The notes under the pieces: generated by a model
The model's database searches: none
What the model was told of the DNA's origin: nothing
Seen by the model: only the letters and a program-made list of their open reading frames with translations
NCBI GenBank assembly: GCA_964016885.1
Contig: OZ024756.1
Location: forward strand, 17,794,001 to 17,858,000
DNA length: 64,000 nucleotides
Origin: Eledone cirrhosa
Taxonomy: Eukaryota
Direction: 5' to 3'
Part shown: positions 1-64,000 of the stretch, in pieces
Layout: every line of letters starts with the position of its first letter
Numbering within the stretch: position 1 is the first letter of the stretch
Position numbers and translations under genes: made by a program

Positions 1-77
1 GTAATAGTGATGTAGATGATTATGATGATGATGATGATGATTGAAAATAATAACTTCTAAAAATGTCTTTAACTTAC

Positions 78-62778
<62,701 letters not shown>

Positions 62779-63289
62779 CTAAAACAACGAAAAAAATAAC
62801 AATAATTTATAATTAATGTAAATTTCAATTAATTAATGAAGAATTTTGAGGGATTAATTCAAATTATTTCACTACTAAGATAGTAAATTAACCCTTTAAT
62901 GTTCAAACCAGCCAAAACCGGCCAGAATTCTCTACCTCTTTCTGTTGAAACTGGCTGTAACTGGTCGCTCAAACTGATGTTAAGGTATTGTTCTCAAAAT
63001 AAATACTTTCAAAATCTCATAAATTCGATATTATGTGAGATATTATGTGAGGTAAAGCCTTTACCATGAAAATATAATAGTAAATATAGAGAAATGTGAT
63101 AAATAAAACTATATTTGAAGATTTTAATGTAAATAGGAACTCTTTATACTATTTTCATAGCACCAGAGCCAGTTTTGATGGAGTTGATATCAAAAGAGTT
63201 AATTGTTTATGCCTTCTTATAACTCTACAGTGTCTAATTATCACCTAAAGTTCTGTGGTCTTTTATTCATAACTAAAATATTATTCTAA

Positions 63290-63858
63290 ACATTCGAAGG
63301 CAATGACACAGGACTGAGATCTCTGGCATTACGCAGTAATACAGAAGACCCGAATTCCCACGAGCACAGGCCGTCGCAGAAGCATATATATAGCATGCAA
63401 CACTCCTCCCCACATACTCCCATACATTTTCAATGAGGACAAGCTGAAGTATATATCCAGTGAAACCTCCAGCCCACACTATAAAGTGGTCATGTTGGCG
63501 ACAAAACAAAAAGTGCCCAGTCAACACTATAAAGTGGTCATGTAGGTGACACAACAAAAAGTGCCCAGCTCACAATGTAAAGTGGTCATGTTGGTGACAC
63601 AACAAAAAGTGCCCAGTCAACACTGTAAAGTGTCATGTAGGTGACACAACAAAAAATGCTGAGTCAATACTGTAAAGTGGTTGTATAGGTGACACAACAA
63701 AAAGTGCCCAGCACACAGTGTCAGGAAGGGCATCCAGCCATAGAAACCAAGCCAAAATCAGCCCTGCTTGAGCGAAACAGATCTCTCACAATGGCACAGC
63801 CTGTCCTACCCATGCTAGCATTGAAAATGGACATTAAATGATGATGATGATGATGATA
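63290..63858 (+). mobile_element. RTE-type 3' end with internal ~48-bp repeats and (GAT)n tail
   Basis: Similar to 51685-52097; related tails at 16420-16860 (-) and 41325-41760 (-). Confidence 0.6.
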
Positions 63859-64000
63859 TATATATATATATATATGAATAAAGTCTGTCTCTAATACAAT
63901 TTTTGTTTCATTTAATCACCATCACAATTGTCGTCATTATCATCATCACCCTCATCATCATCACCATCATCATCATCATCACCCTCATCATCACCACCAT

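Overview
Eukaryotic, AT-rich, microsatellite-dense DNA; the SINE/LINE content suggests a cephalopod (octopus-like) genome, which is an inference. The whole window lies inside one minus-strand multi-exon gene whose two ends are outside the window. I read 27 consecutive EGF-like exons, each exactly 111 nt with phase-1/phase-1 AG..GT boundaries, followed by a 192-nt exon encoding the N-terminal half of a C-type lectin domain. The introns hold tRNA-derived SINEs (Meta-domain-like and CORE-like), LINE 3' fragments (RTE, CR1, REL-type, I-group), TTAA-flanked MITEs and large minisatellites. The introns also contain at least 16 minimal type I hammerhead ribozyme motifs of the Penelope-like-element kind, 15 with an intact core. 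Eight of them sit as mirror pairs in 230-430 bp near-perfect palindromes next to (TA)n tracts, and seven are in the sense of the host pre-mRNA. All calls were made by eye with no database search; repeat boundaries are approximate.
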